Shown here piece by piece: positions 47,762 through 57,663 of a stretch of 64,000 nt of DNA. Origin of the DNA: an uncultured archaeon (GTDB lineage: Archaea; Thermoproteota; Nitrososphaeria_A; Caldarchaeales; Wolframiiraptoraceae); contig CALKCF010000004.1 of NCBI GenBank assembly GCA_938083505.1, positions 32,001 through 96,000 of the forward strand. Reading direction: 5' to 3'. Numbering within the stretch: the first letter of the stretch is position 1; every line of letters starts with the position of its first letter. Below the pieces are notes generated by a model. The model was not told the origin of the DNA, did no database searches, and saw nothing but the letters and a program-made list of their open reading frames with translations. The translations under genes and the position numbers were made by a program.

Positions 47762-49780
47762 TCATGCGACTTTATAACAACCCGGCTTCGGTGTATAAAC
47801 CTTACCTTCCGTTATCAGCCAGCTCAGTATCCTATTTATCTCGAGCTCGCTCAACCCGTTCTCCAGTAGTGCGGCCTTAAGCTCCTCTTCCTCCGCTACT
47901 CCCTTTCTTTCCTCGAACTCCTTTATCATGTTCAGAACTATTGCAAGCTTATCCCTAACGCTCTTCGGCTTCCCCGTCATAATGACGTCTATGTCCGGCT
48001 TTCCAGTCTTGACATCGATACCAACCTCCTGCAAGCCCCTCTTCATTAAGAGGACTACGGCACCAGCATCCTCCTCCGTCACCTTATCCCTCAGCGCCAC
48101 CCTTGCCCTTGCTTCAGCTAACCTTATCAAGGATTCTAACTGTCTTGCGGTTATCGTGACCGTAGAGGTCTTTTCGTAAACTGACCTCATCTGTAGGTAA
48201 AAATCTTCTAAGATCTTCAGCGCTCCAGGCGTGAGTTCAGGGTTCACCCTTTTTGCATACGCTATGTACTTCTTTAGTATCTCCGGTTTTATCGGCGGCA
48301 CCACGGTAGGGCTACCTGTCGAATGGAGTGCGAGTATATGGGAAGATACTTTCCTATCTTGCTCTACGTTCGGCTCATCCCTCAACACGAATATGAGGTC
48401 GAACCTGGACAGCAAGGTTACTGGCAGGTTAACGTTGTCCGTGAAAGACATATATGGGTCGTACCTACCGAGCGCAGGGTTTGCGGCCGCCAAGATCGAT
48501 GTTCTGGCATTTAGCGTTGCCACTATGCCACCCTTTGCGATGCTCACTGTCTGTTGTGCCATAACTTCATGTAGAGCTACCCTATCTTCAGGTTTCATCT
48601 TATCTATCTCATCTATACAACATACTCCCATGTCAGCTAGGACCGTTGCACCGGCCTCCAGCACCATACCGCCGCCCTGCTCCCTAATGACGGCAGCGGT
48701 CAAGCCAGCGGCCGTTGTACCTCTTCCTGATGTGTATAGACCTCTTGGTGCTATGTTGGCTACATATTGCAGTAGGGCGCTCTTTGCAGTACCTGGATCT
48801 CCGACCAGTAAGATGTTCACGTCGCCCCTGACTTTCACACCATCCGGAAAGACCTTCGTCCTGCCGCCGAAGAGCAGCAGCATTATTGCCTCCTTTACAT
48901 GCTCAAGCCCGTAGATGCTTGGCGCTAACGAGTCTATTATTTTATTGTAGATCAGCGAGTCTTGTGCCATCTGCTTGAACAGCTCTTCCTCCTCCGGAGT
49001 TATTTGGAGGGACTCGGGCTCTTTGCTGACAGTCTCGACCCAGACTGCGTCCAGGTACGACCTGAAAGTCCTTAGGGGTGCATCGCCCGTCCTCTCTTGT
49101 GCTGAAAGCAGTGTGCTAGTTATTAGAACCCTATCTCCCGGCCTTGCCCTATCGACCAAGTCATCTCGTAACCTTACGTCGATAACCCTTGGTAGCTGAC
49201 CAGGTGGTAAATCCTCAGGTTTCTCTTGAACACCGATCACTTGGTAGTCCACGAACTCCGATTCTTCCTGAATGAGGTCAAAAGCTGGTCTCCTTCCCCT
49301 GCACTGGGGGCTTGTGCACCTTTCTGGCTGCCTTAGTCTAGGTGCGTTATTCTGCTCGATTTTATACTTTTCACCGCAGTATCTACACTGAAAGACACCC
49401 CTATCCAACATCGGTTTGACCACAGTCGCCCTTACGACGATACCGTCCACCATTATCAACTTTCCTAGATGCGCGGACCTTATCTCGCGTATTGGTGTGA
49501 TGATTGGTAGGTTATGTACCCTCGCATAGAAGTTCGTTATTTTCGCGGCGTATTCTGGGCCCTCTATTTGGAGCTGCCTGTATGCTGCTCTGCTGAGCAA
49601 TGGTAGGTATTTCAAAGGCTCGTTAACAACTTCATGGGATAATTCTTCGTCGAATGCTATTAAATCGTTAAAGTCGACCGGTATAGACCTCTGGTTTGTG
49701 AGTGCGGCCTTTGCTAGCAGGGCTCTATATTTATCGCTCTTGAACAACTCCACGAGCCTTTCTTCAATCGGAACGCTCAA
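47762..49780 (-). CDS. mcm: Replicative helicase MCM (no intein)
   Basis: Zinc finger CRYC...C...C, GDPGTAKS, IDEIDKM and LLSRFDLIF. Confidence 0.97.
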   Translation of the reverse strand: MSVPIEERLVELFKSDKYRALLAKAALTNQRSIPVDFNDLIAFDEELSHEVVNEPLKYLPLLSRAAYRQLQIEGPEYAAKITNFYARVHNLPIITPIREIRSAHLGKLIMVDGIVVRATVVKPMLDRGVFQCRYCGEKYKIEQNNAPRLRQPERCTSPQCRGRRPAFDLIQEESEFVDYQVIGVQEKPEDLPPGQLPRVIDVRLRDDLVDRARPGDRVLITSTLLSAQERTGDAPLRTFRSYLDAVWVETVSKEPESLQITPEEEELFKQMAQDSLIYNKIIDSLAPSIYGLEHVKEAIMLLLFGGRTKVFPDGVKVRGDVNILLVGDPGTAKSALLQYVANIAPRGLYTSGRGTTAAGLTAAVIREQGGGMVLEAGATVLADMGVCCIDEIDKMKPEDRVALHEVMAQQTVSIAKGGIVATLNARTSILAAANPALGRYDPYMSFTDNVNLPVTLLSRFDLIFVLRDEPNVEQDRKVSSHILALHSTGSPTVVPPIKPEILKKYIAYAKRVNPELTPGALKILEDFYLQMRSVYEKTSTVTITARQLESLIRLAEARARVALRDKVTEEDAGAVVLLMKRGLQEVGIDVKTGKPDIDVIMTGKPKSVRDKLAIVLNMIKEFEERKGVAEEEELKAALLENGLSELEINRILSWLITEGKVYTPKPGCYKVA

Positions 49781-50331
49781 ACTTCAGCACCCCCTTTCGG
49801 GCAGACGTGGTAGACCCATTCGTTAATGAGCCTCATCACCAGCTCAAAGAGTATGTTTTCTTCCGATGTCATCCTGTCGGATGTTGCAAGCTTGACTCTC
49901 TTCGCCGCATATGAAAACAGCTTCAGTAACCTGAGTGAGATTATGTCCATCAACTTCCGCCTGATTTCGTCGGCCTTTTCTTTGTTCGTCTTAGAAGTCT
50001 CCTCTATCAAACTTTTCACCTCCATGTAAAAGTACTTCGGCAACTCCTGGATTTCTGCAATGTTCTTCTCCTTCCACAGAAGCTGTGATAGGTAGTTTAG
50101 GTCGATGGTAGTCTCCGCCCATTTCGCTATGCCTGCCTCAACAAGCTTGTTAGCAACCCACCTCCTGAGCTGTAAAACATTTCCCTGCTTCAGATTCTCC
50201 ATAACGGCACCTGGCACTTCTAACCTTGGCACATCTTTCAGCAAAACTACCTTACAGTAAGCGTTCATGTATTCGAATTCGACCTCTTTTAGCAACTCGC
50301 TGAGGGGCGGAGGCTCTAGGTACGCACTCAT
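49777..50331 (-). CDS. GINS23 (Psf2/Psf3-like) subunit
   Basis: B-A domain order, RRWVANKL, LPKYFY, RLLKL and MTSEE; overlaps the mcm start. Start moved to ATG 50331. Confidence 0.8.
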   Translation of the reverse strand: MSAYLEPPPLSELLKEVEFEYMNAYCKVVLLKDVPRLEVPGAVMENLKQGNVLQLRRWVANKLVEAGIAKWAETTIDLNYLSQLLWKEKNIAEIQELPKYFYMEVKSLIEETSKTNKEKADEIRRKLMDIISLRLLKLFSYAAKRVKLATSDRMTSEENILFELVMRLINEWVYHVCPKGGAEV

Positions 50332-50486
50332 TTTACATGCAAACATCTGTATTTTGAACATGACTTAAAAAAGGTTAACTTCCAGAGAGTTAGCCGAAAG
50401 TGGAATGAATTACCAGAATATTTGCTCCGTCCCAATTTCTAAATATTTAAAAATAGGCTCCATAGAAGCTAACATGAACAGAAAGC

Positions 50487-51626
50487 ATGATAGACGAGCT
50501 CTTCCTAAATCGGTTAATGGGGTTCGAAGATGCAGGACTGGGGACGCTAGTGTGGCTAATATGGCTTGGCCTTATGATGCTGTTCCTGTTCTACCCTACG
50601 ATGAGTCAGAGGATACAGCTCAGCTATATGTTGAGGGATGTTGAAAGAAAGCTAGCAAGACTTAAGCTAGTTAAGGACGAGGTCAGGGAGAGGACTATAG
50701 AGACCATAAAGAGGGTTGGAAAGCCCGAGAAAGACCCCACACAGGATATAGATAAACTCCTGGAGTTCTTCGTGATAGAGCCTGAATCTATGGACCCATA
50801 CGGCATAGTCTACAAGCTTGAGCACATACTAGAGACCGGTGAGTCGAAGTTTGAGGAGGAAATCAGGAAGCTTAGCCCAGCCGCTGAAGAGTACAAAGTT
50901 AAGACTCTGGCAAACCTAATGGAAGTTGCTAGGACAACCAACTACTTGTACCGTATAGTTAGACACTACTATTTGCTTGGAAAGAAGACATCTAATATTT
51001 ACCTGATACTCCAGCTGCAGATGCTGATACCTCAGCTCATGGAGATAACGGAGGCGTTAAGACTTGCTAGCTATGCGTTTGCTTACGGTCAACCGATAGG
51101 CGATGGTGTTGGTGTGTTGGCAGCGGCTAAGCTAGCATATGGTAAGGAGAAAGTGCGATATGAGATAGTAAAGGATACGACGGTGTCTGAGATAGAATTC
51201 GAGAATAGAAGGGTTCTGATAGTGAGGGCGACCGGTCCAGGAGGAACGGTCGGCAGACCGGGCGAGGGTGTGAAAAGGCTCATCGAAAGAGAGGGGGACA
51301 ACGTGAAGCTAATAATAACGATAGATGCTGGTTTAAGACTTGAGGGCGATGAGTCAGGTAAAATGGTGGAAGGAGTAGGTGTTGCCATCGGAGGGCCTGG
51401 AGTCGATAAGTACAAGATAGAAGAGATAGCGAAGGAAAGGCAAATACCGTTGTATGCCTTCGTTATCTACGAATCGATAGTTGAGGCGATAACGCCGATG
51501 AGGGAGGTGATAGCGAAAGCAGCAGACATAGTTGTCGAGAAGGTAAAAAGCGTTCTATTAGAGAAGGTTCCAGCTGGCTCGACCGCAATAGTTGCTGGAA
51601 TAGGGAACACAGTAGGCATCGGTTAA
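50487..51626 (+). CDS. DUF1512-family membrane-anchored protein
   Basis: N-terminal TM helix, PESMDPYGIV.K, PIGDGVG, GPGGTVG, ITIDAGL.LEG and GIGNTVGIG. Confidence 0.8.
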   Translation: MIDELFLNRLMGFEDAGLGTLVWLIWLGLMMLFLFYPTMSQRIQLSYMLRDVERKLARLKLVKDEVRERTIETIKRVGKPEKDPTQDIDKLLEFFVIEPESMDPYGIVYKLEHILETGESKFEEEIRKLSPAAEEYKVKTLANLMEVARTTNYLYRIVRHYYLLGKKTSNIYLILQLQMLIPQLMEITEALRLASYAFAYGQPIGDGVGVLAAAKLAYGKEKVRYEIVKDTTVSEIEFENRRVLIVRATGPGGTVGRPGEGVKRLIEREGDNVKLIITIDAGLRLEGDESGKMVEGVGVAIGGPGVDKYKIEEIAKERQIPLYAFVIYESIVEAITPMREVIAKAADIVVEKVKSVLLEKVPAGSTAIVAGIGNTVGIG

Positions 51627-51679
51627 GCTAAGAAAATGTATAATAAAAAGCATAAAGCCCCAATAGTTGGGTGTGATTA

Positions 51680-51895
51680 ATGGAAAGTTTTCCGTCCTCT
51701 AAAATGATGCTAAGGTATGTACCGCCGCTAACGTTCCTAAAATGTACCTCATGCGGTACGGAGAATTCTCGGACGTTTAAAGAAGAAGATTACGTCTTTA
51801 AGAAGACGAACGAGGCATGTCCCAAGTGTAGCAACAACGAGATGCTGATTGTGGGAATATACGTTAAGGAAAGGGAGAAGAAATCATCAAGTTAA
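51680..51895 (+). CDS. Small zinc-ribbon protein
   Basis: CTSC...RTFKEEDYVFK...CPKC...IVGIY. Confidence 0.75.
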   Translation: MESFPSSKMMLRYVPPLTFLKCTSCGTENSRTFKEEDYVFKKTNEACPKCSNNEMLIVGIYVKEREKKSSS

Positions 51896-52789
51896 GATCT
51901 TGCAACCATCCTCTTCTACATACACTGTATGCTCTGCTTGCGCCACTGGCTGTCTTTTCTTCTCAATCAACACTGGGTACTTATGTACCCTGCCGGTTTT
52001 GACGAGCTTCTCATGGATGCTTAAAGGATCGGAGACCTTCGAGGCATACAACCATCTTGGCGAATACGGTAGTCCCTTAAAGCTCTCATTTATATACTCG
52101 ACGAGAGCCCTTTCCTCGGGCTTCAACTTCATCACCGGGGCCTTCTTACTATCCAACCTGAATATGGTCGAGGTGTCCGCATTTACTACCTCGCCGGCGG
52201 AGTTCGCGAAGCTTACAAAAGGCTCTATCGCATAGACGGCTCCCTTAGTCACCCTCCTTACGTCCGGTATCGCGATGTTTGGTATAGATGCTCCACCGTG
52301 AAGGTTGTACCTCAATATCTCGTGGCCTGTAAGGTTCTTGATGGGTTTGAACCCAGCCTTCTGTATGGTGTTTTGAATTACGGCACCTATCTCACCCAAC
52401 CTCGTGCCCGCTCTAATGAACTTCACAGCAGCCCGTAATGCTTCTTCGGCCACGGTTACGAGCGGTTGCTTTTCTTTCGAGAGCGACACGCTTACGGCCG
52501 TGTCGACTATGTAGCCGTCAATATGCACACCTAGATCTACTTTGACGAGTGCATTCGGGGGTACTGTGGTTTGGTCGTCTGGTAACGGCGAGTAGTGGGC
52601 TGCGACCTCGTCCACGCAAACGTTGCAAGGAAATGCAGGCTTTCCACCTTCGGATTCTATCATCATCTCAACAGCCTCACAAATCTCTATCAACTTAACA
52701 CCTTCCTTTACTAAGCTGTACGCCCTTTCTTTTACGCGGGCAGCTATCCTTCCGGCTTGGAACAGCAGCTCAAGAACTTCTTCGTTCAT
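51887..52789 (-). CDS. map: Methionine aminopeptidase type II
   Basis: AFPCN, AAHY, KVDLGVHIDGYIVDTA, NLTGH, AIEPF and QAEHT. Confidence 0.96.
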   Translation of the reverse strand: MNEEVLELLFQAGRIAARVKERAYSLVKEGVKLIEICEAVEMMIESEGGKPAFPCNVCVDEVAAHYSPLPDDQTTVPPNALVKVDLGVHIDGYIVDTAVSVSLSKEKQPLVTVAEEALRAAVKFIRAGTRLGEIGAVIQNTIQKAGFKPIKNLTGHEILRYNLHGGASIPNIAIPDVRRVTKGAVYAIEPFVSFANSAGEVVNADTSTIFRLDSKKAPVMKLKPEERALVEYINESFKGLPYSPRWLYASKVSDPLSIHEKLVKTGRVHKYPVLIEKKRQPVAQAEHTVYVEEDGCKILT

Positions 52790-53889
52790 CGTTCACCCTC
52801 TAGTTTGCTTCTTGCAAGATCCATGAAGCCCTCCCTTTTTTGCTGGTGTCTCATCAAGAAATTAGAGACGATGTCCGCAAGTTGAGACTTACAATCACCA
52901 CATATTCTGCTACCGGTCCTGCATTCCCAGTAAACCCCCCTCAGCTCATCATCATCGTCAATAAAGTGGTTGCTCATGAGCTCGAAGACAACACACTTCT
53001 CAGGCTCGCCACCAAGTCTTCGTTGTTCTTCAACTGTACCCCTACCGCCAGTAAGGGCTGACCAGACTTTTCTTTCAGCTAGCTTCGGGTCGTCTGACAG
53101 TGTCATGACACTCATCGGGTTCCTCTTCGACATCTTCTCCTCACCCAATAATGATCTCGTCAACTTATGGAAGACAGCGCTTGGTGGTACGAACCTAAAC
53201 TTCTTGGCTATGTCCCTAGAGAGTCTGATGTGTGGATCTTGGTCAATACCTACAGGCACGAGGACGGGCTTAGGACCGCCATGCTCCCCGGTTTGTGGTA
53301 ACATTATGTCTCCGACCTGTACCAAGGCGGATAGATAGTATTTGATCTGCTTAGGGCCATAGATCGCCTCTAACGTGTTAAACGTCACAGCCGTCGAGAA
53401 AATGAACGCCATCTTCTGGACTAGTTTTTCCTCGGACTGCTTGTATATGTAAGCCCTCTTATAGTCCAAACCAAGTGCAAGTAAGTCTGCGACATTTCCC
53501 ACAGCTATCTCATGTGATTCCTCAAGGGGTATGCCGTTATCAGCGAGCGCCTCGAGGTCCGCTATGCAGTAGTAAGCCGTTGCTTTATTTGAGAGACTCT
53601 GGTAAAATATGATCTCCTCGGCGGTCATCATCGTGCCAAGATGGAACTCGCCTGTCGGCTTTATCCCACTCATCACAGCATACGCTTCATTCCTTCTTAT
53701 ACTATCCAATATCCTCAAAAGGTCTCTATGACCAAACTCGACTTTTCTCCTTAGGAGCCTATGCGTTGACGGAAATGCTGAGATAAGCTCGTCGGTCATA
53801 GGCTCTATACCAAATTCCCTCATCAGGGTCTCATAATCCGCCGGGAGAGTCGAGTTCCATGGGTCTATCGGCATTTTGCCGTCCGACAA
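52786..53889 (-). CDS. trpS: Tryptophanyl-tRNA synthetase
   Basis: IDPW, GIKPTGEFHLG, PVGIDQDPHIRL, KMSK and CGDCK. Confidence 0.93.
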   Translation of the reverse strand: MSDGKMPIDPWNSTLPADYETLMREFGIEPMTDELISAFPSTHRLLRRKVEFGHRDLLRILDSIRRNEAYAVMSGIKPTGEFHLGTMMTAEEIIFYQSLSNKATAYYCIADLEALADNGIPLEESHEIAVGNVADLLALGLDYKRAYIYKQSEEKLVQKMAFIFSTAVTFNTLEAIYGPKQIKYYLSALVQVGDIMLPQTGEHGGPKPVLVPVGIDQDPHIRLSRDIAKKFRFVPPSAVFHKLTRSLLGEEKMSKRNPMSVMTLSDDPKLAERKVWSALTGGRGTVEEQRRLGGEPEKCVVFELMSNHFIDDDDELRGVYWECRTGSRICGDCKSQLADIVSNFLMRHQQKREGFMDLARSKLEGER

Positions 53890-54020
53890 TCTTTTGCACC
53901 TTTAAAGAGGACTTTCAAACCTAAAAATATAAGCATATAGCTAGAACTTAAAGATGCGTAGAAATAAGGGTAAGTTCTTCTTGAACTGGAAACTGCAATA
54001 TACCTTTCAACCTTTATCTC

Positions 54021-54840
54021 GTGCTACGCGATCTTTACTCTGAGTTGGTAAGCGGGATAAAGAGGTTGAAGACAGGAATCACAGGGATCGATGAGCTGTT
54101 AGATGGTGGAATCCCAGAAGATTTCTTCGTAGCCATAACAGGAGAGCCCGGTTGTGGAAAGACAATATTCTGCATACACTTCATTAACCAGGGAATAATT
54201 GAGGATGACAAATGTATATACGTAACGACTGAGGAAAGCAAGGAGTCGATAATAAGACAAGCATCGCAGTTTAACATGAAGTTTACGGAGGCGATAAACA
54301 AGGGGGAAATTGATAATAATAGATGCGCTGATGGGTAAGGAAGAGAAATGGAGCCTCCAAAACCTTGAATTAGAATCACTCGTCAGCAAGATAATTGAAG
54401 CGAAGAAAGAACTTGGCTATGGTAGGGCAAGGGTGGTGATAGACAGTCTATCGGTCTTCTGGCTCGACAAGCCTGTAATGGCTAGGAGATACAGCTACTT
54501 CATGAAGAAGGTATTATCAAAATGGAACTTCACGATGTTGGCGGTCAGCCAGTACGCGATAACGACCGCAGAGAGTTTTGGTTGGGGAATTGAACATATA
54601 GCGGATGGGATAATCAGGTTCAGGAGGCTCTTGAGGAGTGGCGAGCTGAAGAGGTTCGTGATAATCGAGAAAATGAGGCAGACGAACCACAACAGGTACC
54701 TACATGAGATAGACATCAAGCCCGACATAGGCATGGTCGTTCTGCGTAGGGTGGATATGAGAGTGGAGGATTACAAGCTTCCGACTGACTTTGTGAGAAA
54801 GATGCTTGAGGCGAAGAGGAAATCAGAAGATGTTCTTTGA
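54021..54840 (+). pseudogene. Archaeal KaiC-domain ATPase split by one extra G (GGGGG at 54302-06)
   Basis: Walker A GEPGCGKT and TTEE are in ORF 54021..54338. Walker B VVIDS, EHIADGII and IEKMR are in ORF 54310..54840. Removing one G restores NKGKLIIIDA. Confidence 0.75.
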
Positions 54841-54904
54841 TGTGTTGTACCGGTAAAACCAAAGTATTGTTAGACTTAAATTGAACGTTCGCGTTTCATG
54901 TCTT

Positions 54905-55414
54905 ATGTGTAATGAAGCAAAGAGGTTAGTGGACAGGGCAGCAAAACTTACCAAAATGTTTGGTGAAGAGTTTAGCGGATGTTCGCAGATGACCTTGAAG
55001 GCCCTTCAAGAAACTTTTGGTGTAGTGGACTAGAGCGTTTTCATGGCAGCAACGCCGCTTGCTGGTGGTGTGGCGAGGGGCGGAGAGGTATGCGGTGCAT
55101 TGCTCAGAGCCATGATGTTCGTCGGCATGCTTTATGGCAGGAGAAAGTTAGAAAAGACGAGCGAATCAGAAGACTACTCGAAGTGCATGGACTTGGCGAT
55201 CATGATATACGATGAGTTTAATAAGACTTATGGAAGCGTTAGATGCAAAGATATACATCCGAGACTTTTTCGGTAGAATTTATGATTTAAGAAACCCTGC
55301 GGATTTGAAGTTTTTGCTGAATCCGAAGCAATGAACAAGTGCGCCGATGTGATGGCAAAGGTTGCCGAGATAACCACGAAGCACATCTTACGTACAGAAC
55401 GACCGGGCAGTTAA
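54905..55414 (+). pseudogene. C-GCAxxG-C-C family redox protein, disrupted
   Basis: GCSQ, in-frame TAG at 55031-33, LAGG...CGALL and GSVRCKDI; frameshifts near 55270 and 55310, then NKCADV. Confidence 0.78.
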
Positions 55415-55543
55415 ATTTCTAAAGAGCTCATAAAGATTCAGGAGAAGCAATACCGCCTGCTATACGAGTTTTCGTAAAATTCATGAAGCAAGCAGTTTAT
55501 AAAGTAGCACGAATAGACTGACAAACAAGGTAAGCGTGCCTTA

Positions 55544-55636
55544 GCCGGGGTGCCCTAGCCCGGTAGGTCTGCCGAAGGGGCCGGTCTGCTAAACCGGTGG
55601 CCTATGGCCGCGCGGGTTCAAATCCCGCCCCCGGCG
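55544..55636 (+). tRNA. tRNA-Ser(GCT) with a 10-nt D-arm insertion/intron (best fit 22/23, 55567..55576)
   Basis: GCCGGGG/CCCCGGC-G acceptor, CCGGT-CTGCTAA-ACCGG anticodon arm, variable arm TGGCC-TAT-GGCCG. The D arm is 10 nt too long. Confidence 0.88.
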
Positions 55637-55665
55637 CCTCGGTAAGTCTCAAAAAGTTACCTGCG

Positions 55666-57039
55666 TTAAGACCGCAGCTTACCTCTCGCTAAAGACGCGA
55701 AGATTCCTGCAAAGCAGAGTACTGAAAAAACTATGAACGCCAGATTAGCGCTTTTTAGGAAAATCGGATAGGATTCTGGAGTTATTTGAATCCTGCCCAT
55801 GTATACGGCGAATATCGTCGTTACTATGCCCATGCTCAACATCTGTCCAACAGAGCGCATGGTTGCAAGTGTCGCTGACGCAATTCCGTAAAACCTCTTC
55901 TTGACGGAGCTCATGACGGCATTCGTATTAGGAGATGAAAAGAGTCCAAACCCGAGCCCTATCAAGAGCAAGTTAGCTGTTATGAAGCTCATGGGCGTTT
56001 TATCGCCTAGGGAGGTGAATAGGAAGAGCGATACAGTGGTTAGTGCCATGCCGGCTGATGCGAGAACCCTCGGCTCAATCTTATCAGAAAGCCTGCCCGC
56101 GATCGGTGAGAAGATGGACATCACGGCGGGTTGGATGAGCAAAACCATACCAGCATCCTGGGGACTAAGTCCTTTCACGTTCTGTAAGTAAAGGCTAAGT
56201 AGGTAACCTACGGCAAACGTTGCGCTGTAGTTTATCAGTGCTGCCAAATTGGAGAACGCAAATGTAACGTTTTTTCTGAACAAGCTAATGTCGAGCACAG
56301 GACTTTTTATCCTAGATTCCCAAACGATGAACGCTACGAGACCTAAAGCGCCTAAGGTTGTTAAAAGCAACCCCAAATCATGTGGAAACAAAGAGATACC
56401 GTACATCAGGATAACGAGTGCTAACCCGTAAGTTACGGAGCCGATCAGGTCGAATTTTTCACCCTTAGCCTCAGCCCACTCACCATTTAACTTCCAAAAA
56501 ACAATGAGAATGGCTACTAGGCCGATAAGTGCATTAAAGATGAAAAGACTCCTCCAACTGAGGTTTTGGGTCATTAAGCCACCCAATGACGGGCCCAACG
56601 AAAGCCCCAGGTAGATTGAAGCCGCGTTTATACCGAGAACCTTTCCTCTCTCAACAAGAGGAAATACCGATGTCAGTATGGCTGCGGCAGTAGCAAATAT
56701 CATCGCGCTCCCAATACCCTGGAACGCCCGATAGAGGATTATCAGAATAGGAGAAGCGGACGTGGCCGAGAGCAGCGAAGAAACAACGTAAACTATTAAG
56801 CCATATACGAAGACCCTCTTTCTTCCGTAAAGGTCCGCGACTCTTCCAAACGGTACAAGGGAAGCCGCGGCCGTTAGAAGAAACGACATGGCGACCCAGT
56901 TCATGAGAATAACGTCCATCGCGAATTCTTTTGCTATGGATGGTAAGGCAACGTTTATCGAGGAGCCCATGAATGGTGTGAGAAAAGACCCGAGCGTAGT
57001 TACGAGCAATGCACCCCTCTTCTTAGAGTAGTTATTCAT
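55666..57039 (-). CDS. MFS transporter, DHA2 (EmrB/QacA-like, 14 TM)
   Basis: INVALPSI, FGRVADLYGRKR, GPSLGG, WRSLF and SSPNTNAVMS. Start moved to ATG 57039. Confidence 0.9.
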   Translation of the reverse strand: MNNYSKKRGALLVTTLGSFLTPFMGSSINVALPSIAKEFAMDVILMNWVAMSFLLTAAASLVPFGRVADLYGRKRVFVYGLIVYVVSSLLSATSASPILIILYRAFQGIGSAMIFATAAAILTSVFPLVERGKVLGINAASIYLGLSLGPSLGGLMTQNLSWRSLFIFNALIGLVAILIVFWKLNGEWAEAKGEKFDLIGSVTYGLALVILMYGISLFPHDLGLLLTTLGALGLVAFIVWESRIKSPVLDISLFRKNVTFAFSNLAALINYSATFAVGYLLSLYLQNVKGLSPQDAGMVLLIQPAVMSIFSPIAGRLSDKIEPRVLASAGMALTTVSLFLFTSLGDKTPMSFITANLLLIGLGFGLFSSPNTNAVMSSVKKRFYGIASATLATMRSVGQMLSMGIVTTIFAVYMGRIQITPESYPIFLKSANLAFIVFSVLCFAGIFASLARGKLRS

Positions 57040-57184
57040 TTCAAGCCGAAAGAATGTTTCTGTAACTATGTAAATATTTATTGTTCGAAATATGGGAAAA
57101 CTTTTTACAAATAGAGGAAGAATGAGTGCACAAAATAATCCTAAAGTTAGAGCGTTGTGCAGGAGTATGGTATGGTGAGCGAGG

Positions 57185-57649
57185 GTGCTGGTGGGCATAG
57201 TGTCTGATACCCACGACAATCTGGATAGGATAAGAAGGTCGGTTCAGGTCTTTAAGGAGCGAAAAGTCGAGATTGTTATACACTGCGGAGACTGGGTAGC
57301 GCCGTTCTCAGTTAAGGAGTTTAAGGAGTTAAGGGTAATGTCCGTGCTCGGTAACAACGACGGAGACCTACTCTTACTGGAGAAAACTTTAAGAGAGATG
57401 GGCTCAAGCTTAGAGGGCAGGTTTGCCTCGCTTAGCTTAAACGGTAAGAGGGTAGCCGTAATTCACGGCGAATATCCCGAGCTTGTAGAAGCACTCGTGA
57501 AGAGCGGTATGTACGACGTCGTAATCCACGGGCACACGCATAAGCGTAGATGCGAAAGGCTCAGTGGTACTTTGATACTCAACCCGGGATGGGATTCCGT
57601 TATAATCTACGATGAATCAACGGACACGGCAGATTTTGTCGAAACGTAA
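57185..57649 (+). CDS. YfcE/MJ0936-type metallophosphoesterase
   Basis: SDTHDN, HCGD, GNND, IHG, GHTH and NPG. Confidence 0.92.
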   Translation: MLVGIVSDTHDNLDRIRRSVQVFKERKVEIVIHCGDWVAPFSVKEFKELRVMSVLGNNDGDLLLLEKTLREMGSSLEGRFASLSLNGKRVAVIHGEYPELVEALVKSGMYDVVIHGHTHKRRCERLSGTLILNPGWDSVIIYDESTDTADFVET

Positions 57650-57663
57650 GTCGAAAGACTTAA

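Noticed and set aside
50332-50486. Replication origin upstream of gins-mcm
   Set aside because: Only a weak TTCCAG, with no repeated ORB elements and no cdc6/orc1 nearby.
54300-54312. Programmed -1 frameshift at G-GGA-AAT in the KaiC gene
   Set aside because: The downstream ORF is in the +1 frame, so a -1 slip would not join the halves.
55031-55033. Pyrrolysine or selenocysteine recoding at in-frame stops (TAG 55031, TAG 33565, TGA 19738)
   Set aside because: Each gene also carries frameshifts, the stops are not at catalytic positions, and no pyl or sel genes are in the window.
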